A stretch of 45,519 nucleotides of DNA from a bacterium (GTDB lineage: Bacteria > Patescibacteriota > Gracilibacteria > BD1-5 > UBA2023). Positions 1 through 10,268 of the stretch are shown piece by piece (the stretch's first letter is position 1; each line of letters begins with the position of its first letter). The translations under genes were made by a program, and so were the position numbers. Under the pieces are notes generated by a model. The model had not been told where the DNA came from and searched no databases. It saw nothing but the letters and a program-made list of their open reading frames with translations. The stretch covers positions 1-45,519 of the forward strand of contig JAYWGH010000003.1 of NCBI GenBank assembly GCA_043778375.1, written 5' to 3'.

Positions 1-870
1 GAGCTCGGGAATAATCTCGACCTTCTCACATGAGCTCTGACTCCAAAGATCGGGAACGAAAAACTCAGCGGATTTACCCCTGAAGTCACTATTTATACAA
101 ACTTTGCCCCTGATCATCTCGACTGGCATGGGAGTATTGAGAAATATTTTGCCGCTAAAATGCGCCTCATCAAAGCTACGAGTGACCTCGTAATCGCTGG
201 GGGAGATCTTAAAACGCAGGCTCAAGGATTTGGGGAAGCATTCCCAGAGTCCACGAAATATATATCAAGAGGGGCTAATCTCATCACCTCATGATGAGAA
301 AAGTATTCACTCTCTGAAACTCCCCTCTCGGGAGAGCACAACGCCCGCAATCTCCTAGCGGTCCTTGAGGCACTCGAGTATCTCGATATATCAGCAACTG
401 ATATCCACAGCGCACTCCCGAGTCTCACAGGACTCCCACACAGACTCGAGTACATAGGATCCCGGAATGGCGTAAGATATGTAGACGACTCAAAGTCCAC
501 CTCCGCTCAGAGCCTCTCGGCGGCACTCGCCTCATATCCAGGTCGTGAGATCGTCCTCATCGCAGGTGGTCACGATAAATGAGATACCTTTGATCATCTC
601 GCCCCACTCCTAGAGAGTCGAGTCCGTACGCTCATTTGTATCGGAGCTACCGGTCCTGCATTTCAGGCACTTGGAGATTCTCTCGGTGTCGAGACACATA
701 CAGCCGAGAGTATGCAAGAGGCAGTCTCTCTCGCGGCTGCATCAGCACAAAATGGTGATACTGTTCTCCTCTCGCCTGGGTGTGCAAGTTTTGGAATGTT
801 TCGTAATTATCTCGACCGAGCAAAACAGTTTCGGGCAGCTTTTGAGAAAATCGCTTGAGATGCTCCCTAA
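1..870 (+). CDS. murD: UDP-N-acetylmuramoylalanine--D-glutamate ligase MurD, C-terminal part (5' end lies outside the window)
   Basis: Frame 1 is open from base 1 when TGA is read as sense. Mur-ligase motifs present: NFAPDHLDWHGS, LSGEHNARN, GLPHRLEY..YVDDSKSTS, IAGGHDK(G)D. In-frame TGA at 31, 292, 295 (tandem), 580 and 856. TAA stop at 868. Confidence 0.85.
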
Positions 871-909
871 CCTCGCTACACTCTAAGGAGATATTTTCTA
901 TTTTAGTCC

Positions 910-1215
910 ATGGCGAGCAAATTTGATATATTTTTAGAGAAGCTCGGGCGTGCCGAGGCTCTCTCCTATGAGGAAGAGTACTCACTCCTCGAGGCAGTAG
1001 CTGGGGGAGATATGATTGCTCGCAATCGCATCGCTGAGAGTAGACTTCGTCAGGTGGCGAGCCTTGTGTGGGAGGCAGGAGAATTCTCAGAGCATATACT
1101 CGCGGGGAATGCCGGGGTTCTCAAAGCTATCGACGCCTTTACCAAAAATCCTGGGAAATGGAGAGACTTTGATGAGTGTGCTGAGTCGTTTATCCGTAAA
1201 GAAATCACCGAGTAA
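910..1215 (+). CDS. 101-aa protein resembling only sigma-70 regions 1.2-2.3 (sigma domain 2), without regions 2.4, 3 or 4
   Basis: LSYEEEYSLLEAVAGGDMIARNRIAESRLRQVASLV...AGNAGVLKAIDAFTKNPGKWRDFDECAESFIRKEITE aligns by eye to the sigma-70 pattern LtxEEExxL..GDxxAxxxLixsNLRLVvsia...eGniGLikAvekFd..kG.rFstYAtwwIRqaItR. ATG start and TAA stop, with an in-frame TAG just upstream. Confidence 0.6.
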   Translation: MASKFDIFLEKLGRAEALSYEEEYSLLEAVAGGDMIARNRIAESRLRQVASLVWEAGEFSEHILAGNAGVLKAIDAFTKNPGKWRDFDECAESFIRKEITE

Positions 1216-1216
1216 T

Positions 1217-2698
1217 ATGCCCCATGTCCACCTCATCGGCGCTGGCGGGATAGGTGTATCAGCTATTGGGCGGTACTACGCCTCACTAGGCTGGACTGTG
1301 TCAGGATCTGATACAGTGAGTAGCACTATCACTGAGGCTCTCGAGCGCGAGGGTATTCATACGGTTATTGGACACTCGGTAGACAATCTCCCCCTCCATA
1401 CCGACCTTGTAGTGCATACAGAGTCAATTTTTATTGCTGCGAAGGGGGTGTCTCATAGTGAGGCAAGCTCGAGTAATCCAGAGCTCATGGCTGCAAAGGA
1501 GCGTGGTCTCAAGATAGAGTCCTATCCTCAGGCGCTTGCAAGTATCACCAACTCTCAGAGGCAGATCGCAGTAACTGGCTCCCATGGTAAATCCTCTACT
1601 ACCTCACTCATCGGAGTGATGCTCCAGGGCTCTACGATCGGTGGCTCTACGATCGTCGGAACACAGCTTGCACAGTTTGGTGGGACAAACTATTTTCACG
1701 ATGTTCGCAGTGACTGGTTTGCGATCGAAGCATGTGAATACAAGCGCCACTTCCTCGAGTATACTCCTGAGATCACCGTCATCACGAATATTGACCTCGA
1801 CCATCTCGACTACTACCGTGATCGAGATGACTATATCTCGGCATTTGTATCGCTCATCGCACGCACTCGTCGGGCAGTCGTCCTCTCGCGAGAGGACATT
1901 GGGTGTCAGGATCTCTATGCTCGAGTGACGGAGGGTGACCGAGCACGACTCGAGTGGTATTGGGTGGATATGGAGAGTATGCAGTGTGGGGAGCTAACTG
2001 ACTCTATAGTCAGTACTAGCGAAAATATGGGAGATCGTGAATCCACCGTAAAAGTTGAGGGGCATACTGGGGGTTTTGGCGAGCCTCGTGAGAGTGTCGG
2101 CGAGCCCGTGGTACAAATCCCGTTTCTCGCGCTGCAAGTGCCGGGCGAGCACCTCAGACTTGATGCAAATCTCGCGTACACAGTTGGTGAGATTATCGGT
2201 ATTCCTGAGTCCGAGAGAATAGAGGGTCTCACTGGATATCGAGGGTCGTGGCGTCGCAGTGAGATAGTCGGAGTAACGCTCGCAGGCAATACGGTCATCT
2301 CTGACTATGGACACCACCCGAGCGAAATTCGCCCAACGCTTGCAGCCCTCCGAGCAAAGTACTCAGGGAGTGAGCTCGTTGTAGTCTTTCAGCCGCATCA
2401 GCACTCTCGGACGCGGGGACTTCTTGACGAGTTTGCTACAGCGTTTACAGATGCTGATAGACTCATCATCCCTGATATTTACGCCTCAAGGGATACTCCC
2501 GAGGATATCGCCTATATGACGACTGCGAGATTTGTGGCAACTGTCGGCGAACATCACTCAAATATCATAGATGGAGGTGGACTTGCTGGTACTTGAGAAG
2601 TCTTAAAAAAGCTCGATCTCCTTGAGACGCATCGTATATTTGTCCTCCTCGGGGCGGGGACGGTGGATGGACTCAGGGGTGGGTTTAGCTTCATGTAA
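1217..2698 (+). CDS. murC: UDP-N-acetylmuramate--L-alanine ligase MurC
   Basis: N-terminus MPHVHLIGAGGIGVSAIGRYY, then GSHGKSSTTS (P-loop) and DHLDYY. The track ORF stops at TGA 2594. Reading on gives GEVLKKLDLLETHRIFVLLGAGTVDG, a typical MurC C-terminus, with TAA at 2696. The upstream part of track ORF 1016.. is rejected because it overlaps the previous gene. Confidence 0.9.
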
Positions 2699-2732
2699 TT
2701 GAAACTCACTCACTTTTCTATATGATTAAAAG

Positions 2733-3059
2733 GTGAATCTACTAGCAACACTCAAAACTCCCAGCGTAGAAGCTGCATTTCAAGAAAATAATGTTGCACG
2801 AGCTTTTATTTTTGGCTCATTTGCTCGTGGTCAAGAAACTGAAAAAAGTGATATTGATATTATCTATGAGCGCCGAGCTGACCGCCCACTCACTCTTTTA
2901 AATATTGGCAATCTCAGATCAAGGTTGCGGGAAGCCACAAGTCGTGAGATCGATCTTGTCTCAACCAACGCTATTCGTAGCGATATACGCAGTGGTATAG
3001 AGTCCGAGAAAATTTGTATATTCGATACTCTATGAGCAAACAAAAAAGAGTCTATTTAG
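2733..3059 (+). CDS. mntA: MNT-type nucleotidyltransferase (antitoxin partner of HEPN/DUF86)
   Basis: FIFGSFARGQETEKSDIDIIYE matches the GSxxRG..DxD minimal nucleotidyltransferase motif. GTG start at 2733. The apparent TGA stop at 3033 is sense under code 25; the real stop is TAG at 3057. Confidence 0.75.
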
Positions 3060-3358
3060 ATCGTATGCTCGAGGCTATCGGTCAGATTGAGAAGTATACT
3101 TTCAGTATGAGCTATCAAAAATTCAGGTCTGAAAGGATGATTTCCGATGCGTGTCTGATGCAGTTTCAATTTTTAGGCGAAACTGCCAGTAAATTACGAG
3201 AAAACTTTCCTGACGAAAATAGTCTTCCCCTCCGAGACATGGTAGATTTTCGCAACTTCATCGCACATGAATATCTCTGAATAGATCTTATGGATGTCTG
3301 GGATACCATACAGGTCGATTTGCCACGACTCAGGCTCATAATCAACGAGATCGACTAG
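3032..3358 (+). CDS. hepT: HepT/DUF86 HEPN-domain toxin
   Basis: RNFIAHEYL(G)IDLMDVWDTIQVDLPRL contains the HEPN Rx4H motif followed by the DUF86-typical YxGID..vW. TGA 3278 sits where Gly is usual. TAG stop at 3356. The ATG at 3032 overlaps the mntA 3' end; an alternative ATG lies at 3014. Confidence 0.75.
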
Positions 3359-3915
3359 TCACCTTTTTTTGTATACCTCTCCTTCCTCGACGCAAACGGA
3401 GTGAGCTCATCCGTAGGGGGATTGGTACGGAGATAATCAACTATACGAGCAAGATACGACTCCACCTCGCTATGGAGTGGCATCCCCCGAAATCTGACCG
3501 CATCAGAGCCAGGATTGATATGGAGACTCCCGTATCCAAACATCTTCCCTGCGAGAGAGCGGTGGAGCGAGGTCATTTGCTTGACAGATTCGAGGCGTAC
3601 TTCCTTAGTATGTGGATCGGATACTCCTGAAACAATTGATTTTATAATCCTTCGACTGGTGATCATGAAATAATTTCCAGAACGGTGGTGAATCAGTCGG
3701 TATACATAAAACGCCAGCACAAGACTCGCGAGAATAATCACCCATACAAGATCGATAAAATATGAGGCTACAAGGGTAATAACCCCAATACCCAATATCC
3801 AGAGGGCCATATCCCCGAGGTGATTCAGGATAAAACTTGCGGGATGCTCGAGTGTGCGGTAGAGAATTTTTTCTCAGGCAAATTGACCAGGAAAAGATTT
3901 TAGTGGAGTAGACAT
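3355..3915 (-). CDS. Membrane protein with bacterial PH (YdbS/YdbT, bPH_2-like) domain
   Basis: The track ORF 3355..3810 extends in frame through TGA (3874-3876) to ATG 3915, giving MSTPLKSFPGQFA(G)EKILYRTLEHP. This is followed by two hydrophobic helices and a PH-like region (ITSRRIIKS...GYGSLHI). Confidence 0.6.
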
Positions 3916-4090
3916 ACGGAGAATTCTAGTGAGAGGGAGGCAATACTCAATTCAAAAAACTATTCGCCTCGAGATGAGATCCGAGACTGGCAGAATCGAG
4001 CTTGTCAATCGCAATATTCCGCTTCATTTTAGAATCTGAAAAAATCAAGTAGAGTACGAGAAATAAGCACTCTAATCTCTCCCCCTGAGC

Positions 4091-5686
4091 ATGAAAATCA
4101 TCTTTGTAACGGGAGGCGTCCTCTCGGGTATTGGAAAGGGTATATCTGCGGCTTCTATCGGAGCACTCCTTACTGCTGCAAGAAAGCGTGTCTACTGCCA
4201 GAAGTTTGACGGCTACCTCAATGTGGATCCAGGCACGATGAATCCTACACAACATGGAGAGGTATTTGTGACAGTCGATGGGGCTGAGACTGATCTCGAT
4301 ATCGGGCACTATGAGCGCTACCTGAATACAGATATGAATCAGTACTCGTCCTACACATCGGGGAAGCTCTACGAAGAGATCATCACTCGTGAGCGCCGAT
4401 GAGACTACCTGGGTGGTACTGTCCAAATCGTGCCTCATCTCACAAATCTCGTAAAAGAGAAAATTCGCCTCGGATATGAGTCTGTAGACGCGGATGTATC
4501 GATCATAGAGATCGGTGGTACCGTCGGTGACATGGAAAATGAGTACCTCCTCGAGTCAGCCCGTCAGCTCCGACATGAGCTTGGAGAGACGAATGTGCAG
4601 TTTGTGCATGTGGCGCTCCTCCCATTTCTCATCGCCTCAAAAGAGCTCAAAACAAAGCCAATTCAGCACTCGATCCGTACGCTCATGAGCTATGGGATCA
4701 GTCCGGATTTCTTGATAGTACGGGCCGACGCTCCGCTCCCCCAAGAGGTACTCTTTAAAATTGGGCTAGCAACAGGAATTGAGCAGAGCCAGATTATCTC
4801 CGCCACCACTCTCGATAGCATATACCGCGTACCCCTCGCCTTCCACGCTGAGCAGGTAGGAGAGAAAATCCTCAAAAAGCTCGCGCTCACCGCCCAAGAG
4901 ATCGATATGAGTCAGTGGACAAAGCTCCTGGCGAACATAGACACGACTGATGGGGATATCTCGATCGGCCTCGTATGAAAGTACGTAGAGCTCGAAGACG
5001 CGTATTTCTCTCTCAACGAGGCGCTCAAGTGCGCAGGATATGCCCACAGAAAGCATGTAAAACTCCATTTTATAGAAGCCGAAAATATCGAAACTCAGGG
5101 TGTCTCTGTGCTCGAGAAGCTTGATGGAATCTGTATTCCTGGAGGATTTGGTACTCGCGGGACGCAGGGGATGATCACGGCTACAAAGTATGCTCGAGAG
5201 AACTGAGTCCCCTTCCTCGGGATATGCCTCGGGTCTCAGATTATGGCGATAGAATTCGCCCGCAATGTCCTAGGGATACAGGACGCCTCGAGTGAGGAAT
5301 TTACTCCAAATGGGGCTCATAATGTGATCCACATCATGGAGCATCAAAAGGATCTCACCACAAAATGAGGGAATATGCGCCTCGGGAACTATCCGTGTGC
5401 CATCGCTCCAGGTACTCGTACAGCAGGGATATACAACAAGGGTGAAGCTCTCGAGCGTCACCGGCATCGATTTGAGTTTAATAATGCCTACCGAGCGCAG
5501 ATGGAGCAGGCAGGATTTATCATTTCAGCCACTTCACCAGATGGAAGTCTTGTCGAGATAGTCGAGCTACGTGATCATCCATTCATGCTCGCGACACAGG
5601 CACATCCTGAGCTCTCCTCTCGTCCCCTCCACCCACATCCACTATTTATGGGGTTTGTGGAGGCGATGGTGGCACGAAAGAGATAA
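4091..5686 (+). CDS. pyrG: CTP synthase
   Basis: [17 protein letters not shown] at the N-terminus, then ERR(G)[16 protein letters not shown](G)[14 protein letters not shown] and (G)GNMRLG. The track fragments (4091-4402, 4430-4978, 5375-5686) share one frame and are joined only by TGA codons. TAA stop at 5684. Confidence 0.95.
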
Positions 5687-5730
5687 AATACAAAAAAATC
5701 CCCCTTTTTCGAGGAGAATTAAACATTTTC

Positions 5731-5805
5731 TGGAGCCGGTGGCGGGAATTGAACCCGCGATCTCTTCCTTACCATGGAAATGCTCTACCACTGAGCCACA
5801 CCGGC
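5731..5805 (-). tRNA. tRNA-Thr (anticodon GGU), CCA encoded
   Basis: Reverse complement reads GCCGGTG TG GCTCAGTGGTAGAGC A TTTCC ATGGTAA GGAAG AGATC GCGGGTTCAATTCCCGC CACCGGC TCCA. This folds as a cloverleaf with a 7-nt anticodon loop A-U-GGU-A-A. Confidence 0.9.
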
Positions 5806-5810
5806 ACGAT

Positions 5811-6896
5811 TTAGCGTTGGCTAAAAAGCTCCTGCATTATATGATCTAGGCGAGAAATTCAAGCGAGAGTTGGGGCGAGGACCTGAGGTCCGCCCAGAGG
5901 TGCCTCACGATACTCGATCTCCCCTACTCTGATCATCTGCTCAAGTGCCCCAGTATCCACCACAAAGGCAGGATTGAGAGCAAAAGTCCGCAGTCCAAAC
6001 ATCGCTCGCTCGAGACAGATCTGCTCGTAGCTCAGAGACTCATCGATATCGAGCTCGCTGCGGTAGTACCCCGTGAAACTCGCCGCCTTTGTCCACCTCC
6101 GACCATCCAAGTAACTCGCAGCAGAGAGCCCAAGCCCGAGAGTAGGAGAGTGATCCCAATAGGCACTATTATGGACACACTCATCCCCAGGAGCCGCAAA
6201 GTTTGAGATCTCGTAGTGATGCCACCCCCTGTCCGCGAGCGCCTCACAAATCTGCGCGTACTCTGCATACTGCTCCTCCCGAGAGATGGCGAGTGACTGC
6301 CAACTCACAGGATAGGTATGCTCATACTCAAGGAGATAGACGCTCGTATGGCAGATTACTGGGTATTTGGTATGGAGCGTACGGAGAGCCTCAACCGTCT
6401 CTCACTTCTGAACATGAGGGAGTCCGAGAATGAGATCAATATTTATGTTCGTATGTCCCGACTGGGTGAGGAGATCGAGCGCCCGATATGTAGTCTCTGC
6501 TGGGGCTCTCCCGACCTCCGAGAGTGCCTCGTTTGAGAGAGTTTGTACCCCGAGCGAAATACGAGTAAATCCAAGCTCCTTGTAAGCGAGTGCTTTCTCC
6601 GGAGTAATATCCTCAGGATTACACTCGATCGTAATCTCGCAATCACTTGATCGCCTCTCGACCGGAAATACGTCGAGGATACGCGAGAGATAGTCGACCT
6701 CGAGAATACTTGGAGTCCCTCCTCCGAGGTAGATCGACTGTACCCGAGGATTATGCTCCTCTATCGCCTCCTCACACTCCCTCAGTAGTGCCGCAATATA
6801 GGTCGCGACCTTTGCTCGGGTCGGTCGTGGATCGAGGGAAAACCGACAGTAGCTACAGCGCTGCGCACAAAATGGAATATGGAGGTAAAAATACAT
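5811..6896 (-). CDS. hemW: Radical-SAM HemW/HemN-like heme chaperone (coproporphyrinogen oxidase-like)
   Basis: YLHIPFCAQRCSYCRF (CxxxCxxC) and IYLGGGTPS. Track pieces 5859-6308 and 6402-6917 are in one frame. The apparent TGA stop at 5859 is read through to TAA at 5811. ATG 6896 lies directly after the adk stop; the alternative ATG 6917 would overlap adk. Confidence 0.85.
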
Positions 6897-6897
6897 C

Positions 6898-7524
6898 CTA
6901 CAGTGTATACGCCCCAACTACCACCTCCGCCTGCTTCGCCACATCATCGATCGACTGGCTCGCATCGATCGTATATACTCGCTTCCCCTCACCCGCCCAG
7001 AGTGCGAGGAGTGGGAGAGTATTGGCGTAAAAAGTATCAATGCGTTTGGTAACCGCAGCCTCGTTGTCATCCTCACGATGAACGAGTTTATGACCAGTAA
7101 ATGGAGAGAAATCCCCCTCAAAAGAAGCAGGAAAGCTCTCCCCTGTAGCAGCGTCGATGCGCCTCCCTGCAAGTCTTTCTATTGCTGTTTCGCGACTGAG
7201 ATCGAGATAAAGGACTATGTACTCTGGAAATACTCGATCAAAGAGATTTTTTTGGGCAGGAGTACGAGGTATACCATCAAAGAGAATCGGCGCTCCAGAG
7301 TGATTTGCTCGGTAGTGGAGGAGAATTCGCTCGACGAGCTCAGGTCCTACGAGCGACCCAGCTGCGAGGAGAGTTCGTACTTCGACTGACTCAGGCTCAG
7401 CGAGCTCTGCAAAGTTCCGGAGCTTTTGCCCCATTTCAAAAAAGTTATACCCAAACTTCTCTACAAGTTTACGAGCGAGTGTCCCTTTTCCAGATCCCTG
7501 GATACCAACGAGGAGGATGTTCAT
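6898..7524 (-). CDS. adk: Adenylate kinase
   Basis: MNILLVGIQGSGKGT (P-loop) and FDGIPRT. 208 aa with a TAG stop. Confidence 0.93.
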   Translation of the reverse strand: MNILLVGIQGSGKGTLARKLVEKFGYNFFEMGQKLRNFAELAEPESVEVRTLLAAGSLVGPELVERILLHYRANHSGAPILFDGIPRTPAQKNLFDRVFPEYIVLYLDLSRETAIERLAGRRIDAATGESFPASFEGDFSPFTGHKLVHREDDNEAAVTKRIDTFYANTLPLLALWAGEGKRVYTIDASQSIDDVAKQAEVVVGAYTL

Positions 7525-7582
7525 ACATCCTTTTTACCCGAAGATTACATTGGCGCAAATAAAACGACCACTTAAACCTCAG

Positions 7583-7628
7583 CTCCATAAAAAGTTCCAC
7601 TCTCACGAGTGGAACTCTCTCCCCAAAA
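7583..7628. repeat. Copy 1 of a 46-nt repeat (32-nt exact core at 7597-7628); the second copy is at 9073-9118
   Basis: The core ccactctcacgagtggaactctctccccaaaa is identical at 7597-7628 and 9087-9118. The 14 nt upstream differ at 4 positions. Confidence 0.9.
7587..7615 (-). terminator. Rho-independent terminator downstream of the lysC-like gene
   Basis: The minus strand reads GTTCCACTC-GTGA-GAGTGGAAC followed by TTTTTAT: a 9-bp stem, 4-nt loop and T tract. Confidence 0.7.
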
Positions 7629-7637
7629 CCCAGAAGT

Positions 7638-9020
7638 TTACACTATATCTTCTATAAGAACCTTGTGGAGAATTTTTTGTGCAAGGGCGTATTGTGACGC
7701 ATGCACCCCAAATGTTATTGCCCGCTGTCCAGCAGCTTGAGAGATGGAGATAATATCTATTTTTTCTAATGCAAGAGCAGTAGTGGCTTTAGCCATGAGT
7801 CCTGGCTTATCTGCTAGTCCCTCACCTATACAGTAGATCACACTCATATCGTCTCGGATCTGCAGACTCTCGGGTTTACCCGCAAATAGAGCCGCTAGTG
7901 CTGTCTTTTGCTGTGCGTCTAGTGGCTTATATGTCGTCACAGTAACTTGTGTTTCAGAAGAAGAAATTCCATCAATGGATATTCCAAGATCTGCAAACTG
8001 TCCAGCGAACTCCTTTAAAAATCATACCGATTGCATGCTGTATCCACTCACGGTAACGGTATGAATTGCTTTACGACCATCAACATAGAGAATTCAGGAC
8101 TTCAGAGATCATTTAGATGATATAATAGACTTCCCTGATTCTAAATTAAAGGGATTGTATACCCATATTGGCACTTGAAATGACACAAGCTCCTCTGTAA
8201 TCGTATTACTATTTAGAACTTCCGCACCCGCTCCATTAGCTCCAGTTATCTCCGCAGCGGTGGTGTATTGTAAGGCTGGTATGGGACGAGCTTGCGGATT
8301 GGTGCGAGGATCAGCTGAATATAATCCTGCCTGTTTCTGAACATGAATAGTTGGTTTGTACCCTAGACTCGCTAATCCCACAGCTGCACGCTCGGCAGTT
8401 TTGTCTGTATAGCCTCGTCCAAATGCCTCAAGGATACTCTGCCCTTCTATTGATATATAGCCCGATGCTATACAAATACCCTCATTAAGCTTAGTGGCTA
8501 GGCGAGTTCCAAGACTTAACCCGAGAAGTCGAGAGAGATCTCATTCGCCAAGTTTTGGATTATCTTTTAATAAAACCACGCTTACCCCATGACGAACACG
8601 CAAAATATACTCAAGTACGAGAGCAGACATACGCTCTCCATAGCCTACAAATCTCTGCTCGAGAGCAATAGCGTCTTCGAGTTCGCTCTTTGGTATTTCT
8701 CAAAATGTATGACCATGGTACCTCCCGAGACTTTCTTCGAGTTCAGGGTAGTGCATACCAGCATTTTTGAGCGCATCTATATGAACCCTGTGAAGGGTAC
8801 TTAAAGTATCTTTTGAGTGATTCGGGTTTCAAGCTTTTGCCTGCTCCATAGCCCGCAAAAGCTCAGTCGTAGTATTGAGAGTAGAAGTCCTGAGCGCAGA
8901 GATCACAGCCACTATTGGCTTACCCGATTGCCAGTTTTTCGCGAGCCACTCTGCAGTACGTGGATCTGTAGCATTTTCACCACCAACCTTTATCACATCT
9001 ACTTCACCACTGATATTCAT
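7638..9020 (-). CDS. lysC: Aspartokinase-like amino-acid kinase with C-terminal ACT domain (divergent)
   Basis: VDVIKVGGENA at the N-terminus, then GYGERMSALVLEYIL, FGRGYTDKTAERAAVGL, GLYSADPRTNPQARPIPALQYTTAAE and an ACT-like C-terminus. Three track pieces share one frame. I translated 8382-8828 codon by codon and found only TGA interruptions. Confidence 0.75.
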
Positions 9021-9072
9021 AGAAATCTAAAATTATATAAATTCACTATAACTCGCTAGCCTATTTCGTCAA

Positions 9073-9118
9073 CTCTACAAAAAATCCCACTCTCACGAGT
9101 GGAACTCTCTCCCCAAAA
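9073..9118. repeat. Copy 2 of the 46-nt repeat; it overlaps the rnpB 3' end and its terminator
   Basis: Same 32-nt core as 7597-7628. Here the ccccaaaa part forms the 3' strand of the RNase P RNA P1 helix. Confidence 0.9.
9077..9105 (-). terminator. Rho-independent terminator downstream of rnpB
   Basis: The minus strand reads TTCCACTC-GTGA-GAGTGGGA followed by TTTTTTGT. Confidence 0.65.
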
Positions 9119-9490
9119 GCATCATAAGCCGGATTTTGTACTTCTCTCTCAATCTATCTAGGATGACTCTCGCGAGTCACCTCAAGCGAGGTATACCGCA
9201 GGGGGACACGGGTCCCGATTCCCTTGGTACCATTCCTCTTGCACGACCTGGGGTTTGCCAACACGCATGCGTTACCGCATGGGCACTCTCCTCGAGATTT
9301 GGACGTATCCTCTTCCCAGTATAGAGAGTCTTTTCACCTTTCCCCTTGCGGGTAGTATTGTCTCTGTGGCACTTTCCGTACTCGTCGCTTATGTGTTTAC
9401 GCCGAGCCGCAGCCGTTAACTGCCAGGCTCCCGAACCGTGTCCAGACTTTCCTCAGGACTTGCGTCCCGTAGAGAGTGTGGCTTTTGGGT
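9111..9490 (-). ncRNA. rnpB: RNase P RNA, bacterial type A (ends approximate)
   Basis: The minus strand contains GAGGAAAGUCUGGACAC (P4 5' strand), GGAAAGGUGAAAAG, GGCAAACCCCAGG and ACAAAAUCCGGCUUAUGAU (P4 3' strand). The 5' CCCAAAAGC can pair with the 3' GCUUUUGGG to form P1. The region has no credible ORF. Confidence 0.9.
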
Positions 9491-9515
9491 AGGGGGAGTA
9501 TAGAGAATTTGCTCG

Positions 9516-10127
9516 TTAAAACAACCGCATCAAACTACTCTCTTCGATCTGGATAACTCATTTCTTTACAAGCTCACTAAATGACTTCGCCGTAGCTTCT
9601 ACATCTACCATCGCATCGTGCGCTCCTTCAAACCATTCTCCAAAAAGGTGCTTGTAGAGCTCGCCAAGTCGGGGAGCTTTAAACGCAAAACCTCTGCCCT
9701 GGAGTTTACAGTAGTCTGTCGAGCTTTTCATGGTGCACACTGACTTCATCGGCTGATAGTCACCCGGTCGCCCGAGTCTCGCAAGCTCATCCCGGATCAC
9801 CTGTTCGTCATATTCGATGTTGTGTCCTACTACCAGATCAGCAGTATTGAGGAGCCTTAGGATCGCAGGAAGCTGATCCTCGAGATATGGCGCACTCTCT
9901 ACATCTCGATCGTATATACCATGCACCTGAGATGCTCCAAATGGGATATTGATCCGAGGGCGAACGAGGAGGTTGATCCGCTCAATCTCTACAAATCCAT
10001 TCAATACAGAAATCTCTCCGAGTATCCCCGCAAACTGGACAATATATGGCTGCTCGGAGAGTGGCGCGCCCTTGGTACTAAACCCTGTTGTCTCCGTATC
10101 AAATACAAATGCTTTCATGGCGGGCAT
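9516..10127 (-). CDS. DEDDh 3'-5' exonuclease (DnaQ / Pol III epsilon-like)
   Basis: FVFDTETTG (ExoI), VGHNIEYDEQV (ExoII) and GAHDAMVDVEA (ExoIII, H-x4-D). The apparent TGA stop at 9558 is read through to TAA at 9516. Confidence 0.8.
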
Positions 10128-10218
10128 CGTAGGGAGAAAGTGCCTAAAATCAAGCGTAGGATGGTGATATCTCCCGCGACTGCTACTTTGCTCTGCGAGT
10201 CCTCAAACTCTCGTATCC

Positions 10219-10246
10219 TCAAAAAAACACCCCTGCATGGAGTGTT
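10219..10246 (-). terminator. Rho-independent terminator downstream of secY
   Basis: The minus strand reads AACACTCC-ATGCA-GGGGTGTT followed by TTTTTTT: an 8-bp stem including one G:U pair. Confidence 0.6.
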
Positions 10247-10268
10247 TATGAGTTAAGCGTCTGAGCGA

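Noticed and set aside
1016-1216. N-terminal 67 codons of track ORF 1016-2596 as part of murC.
   Set aside because: This segment overlaps the sigma-like ORF in another frame and does not resemble MurC. The canonical MurC N-terminus (HLIGAGGIGVSA) begins right after ATG 1217.
4091-5686. pyrG (and likewise gyrA, infB, secY, lysC, hemW, the AI-2E permease, the response regulator and the kinase) looks like a disrupted pseudogene in several ORF fragments.
   Set aside because: All fragments of each gene lie in the same frame and are collinear with the protein family. They are separated only by single TGA codons, never TAA or TAG, and often at conserved Gly positions. This is recoding, not decay.
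7597-9118. The 32-nt exact repeat as a CRISPR repeat or a mobile-element terminal repeat.
   Set aside because: There are only two copies, 1.49 kb apart, in direct orientation. Each forms a terminator hairpin with a T-run. No cas, transposase or integrase genes and no spacer-like periodicity are present.
9136-9324. Plus-strand 62-aa ORF, and ORF 5571-5849, as protein-coding genes.
   Set aside because: They lie antisense within RNase P RNA and across tRNA-Thr respectively. The RNA gene signatures explain these regions better.
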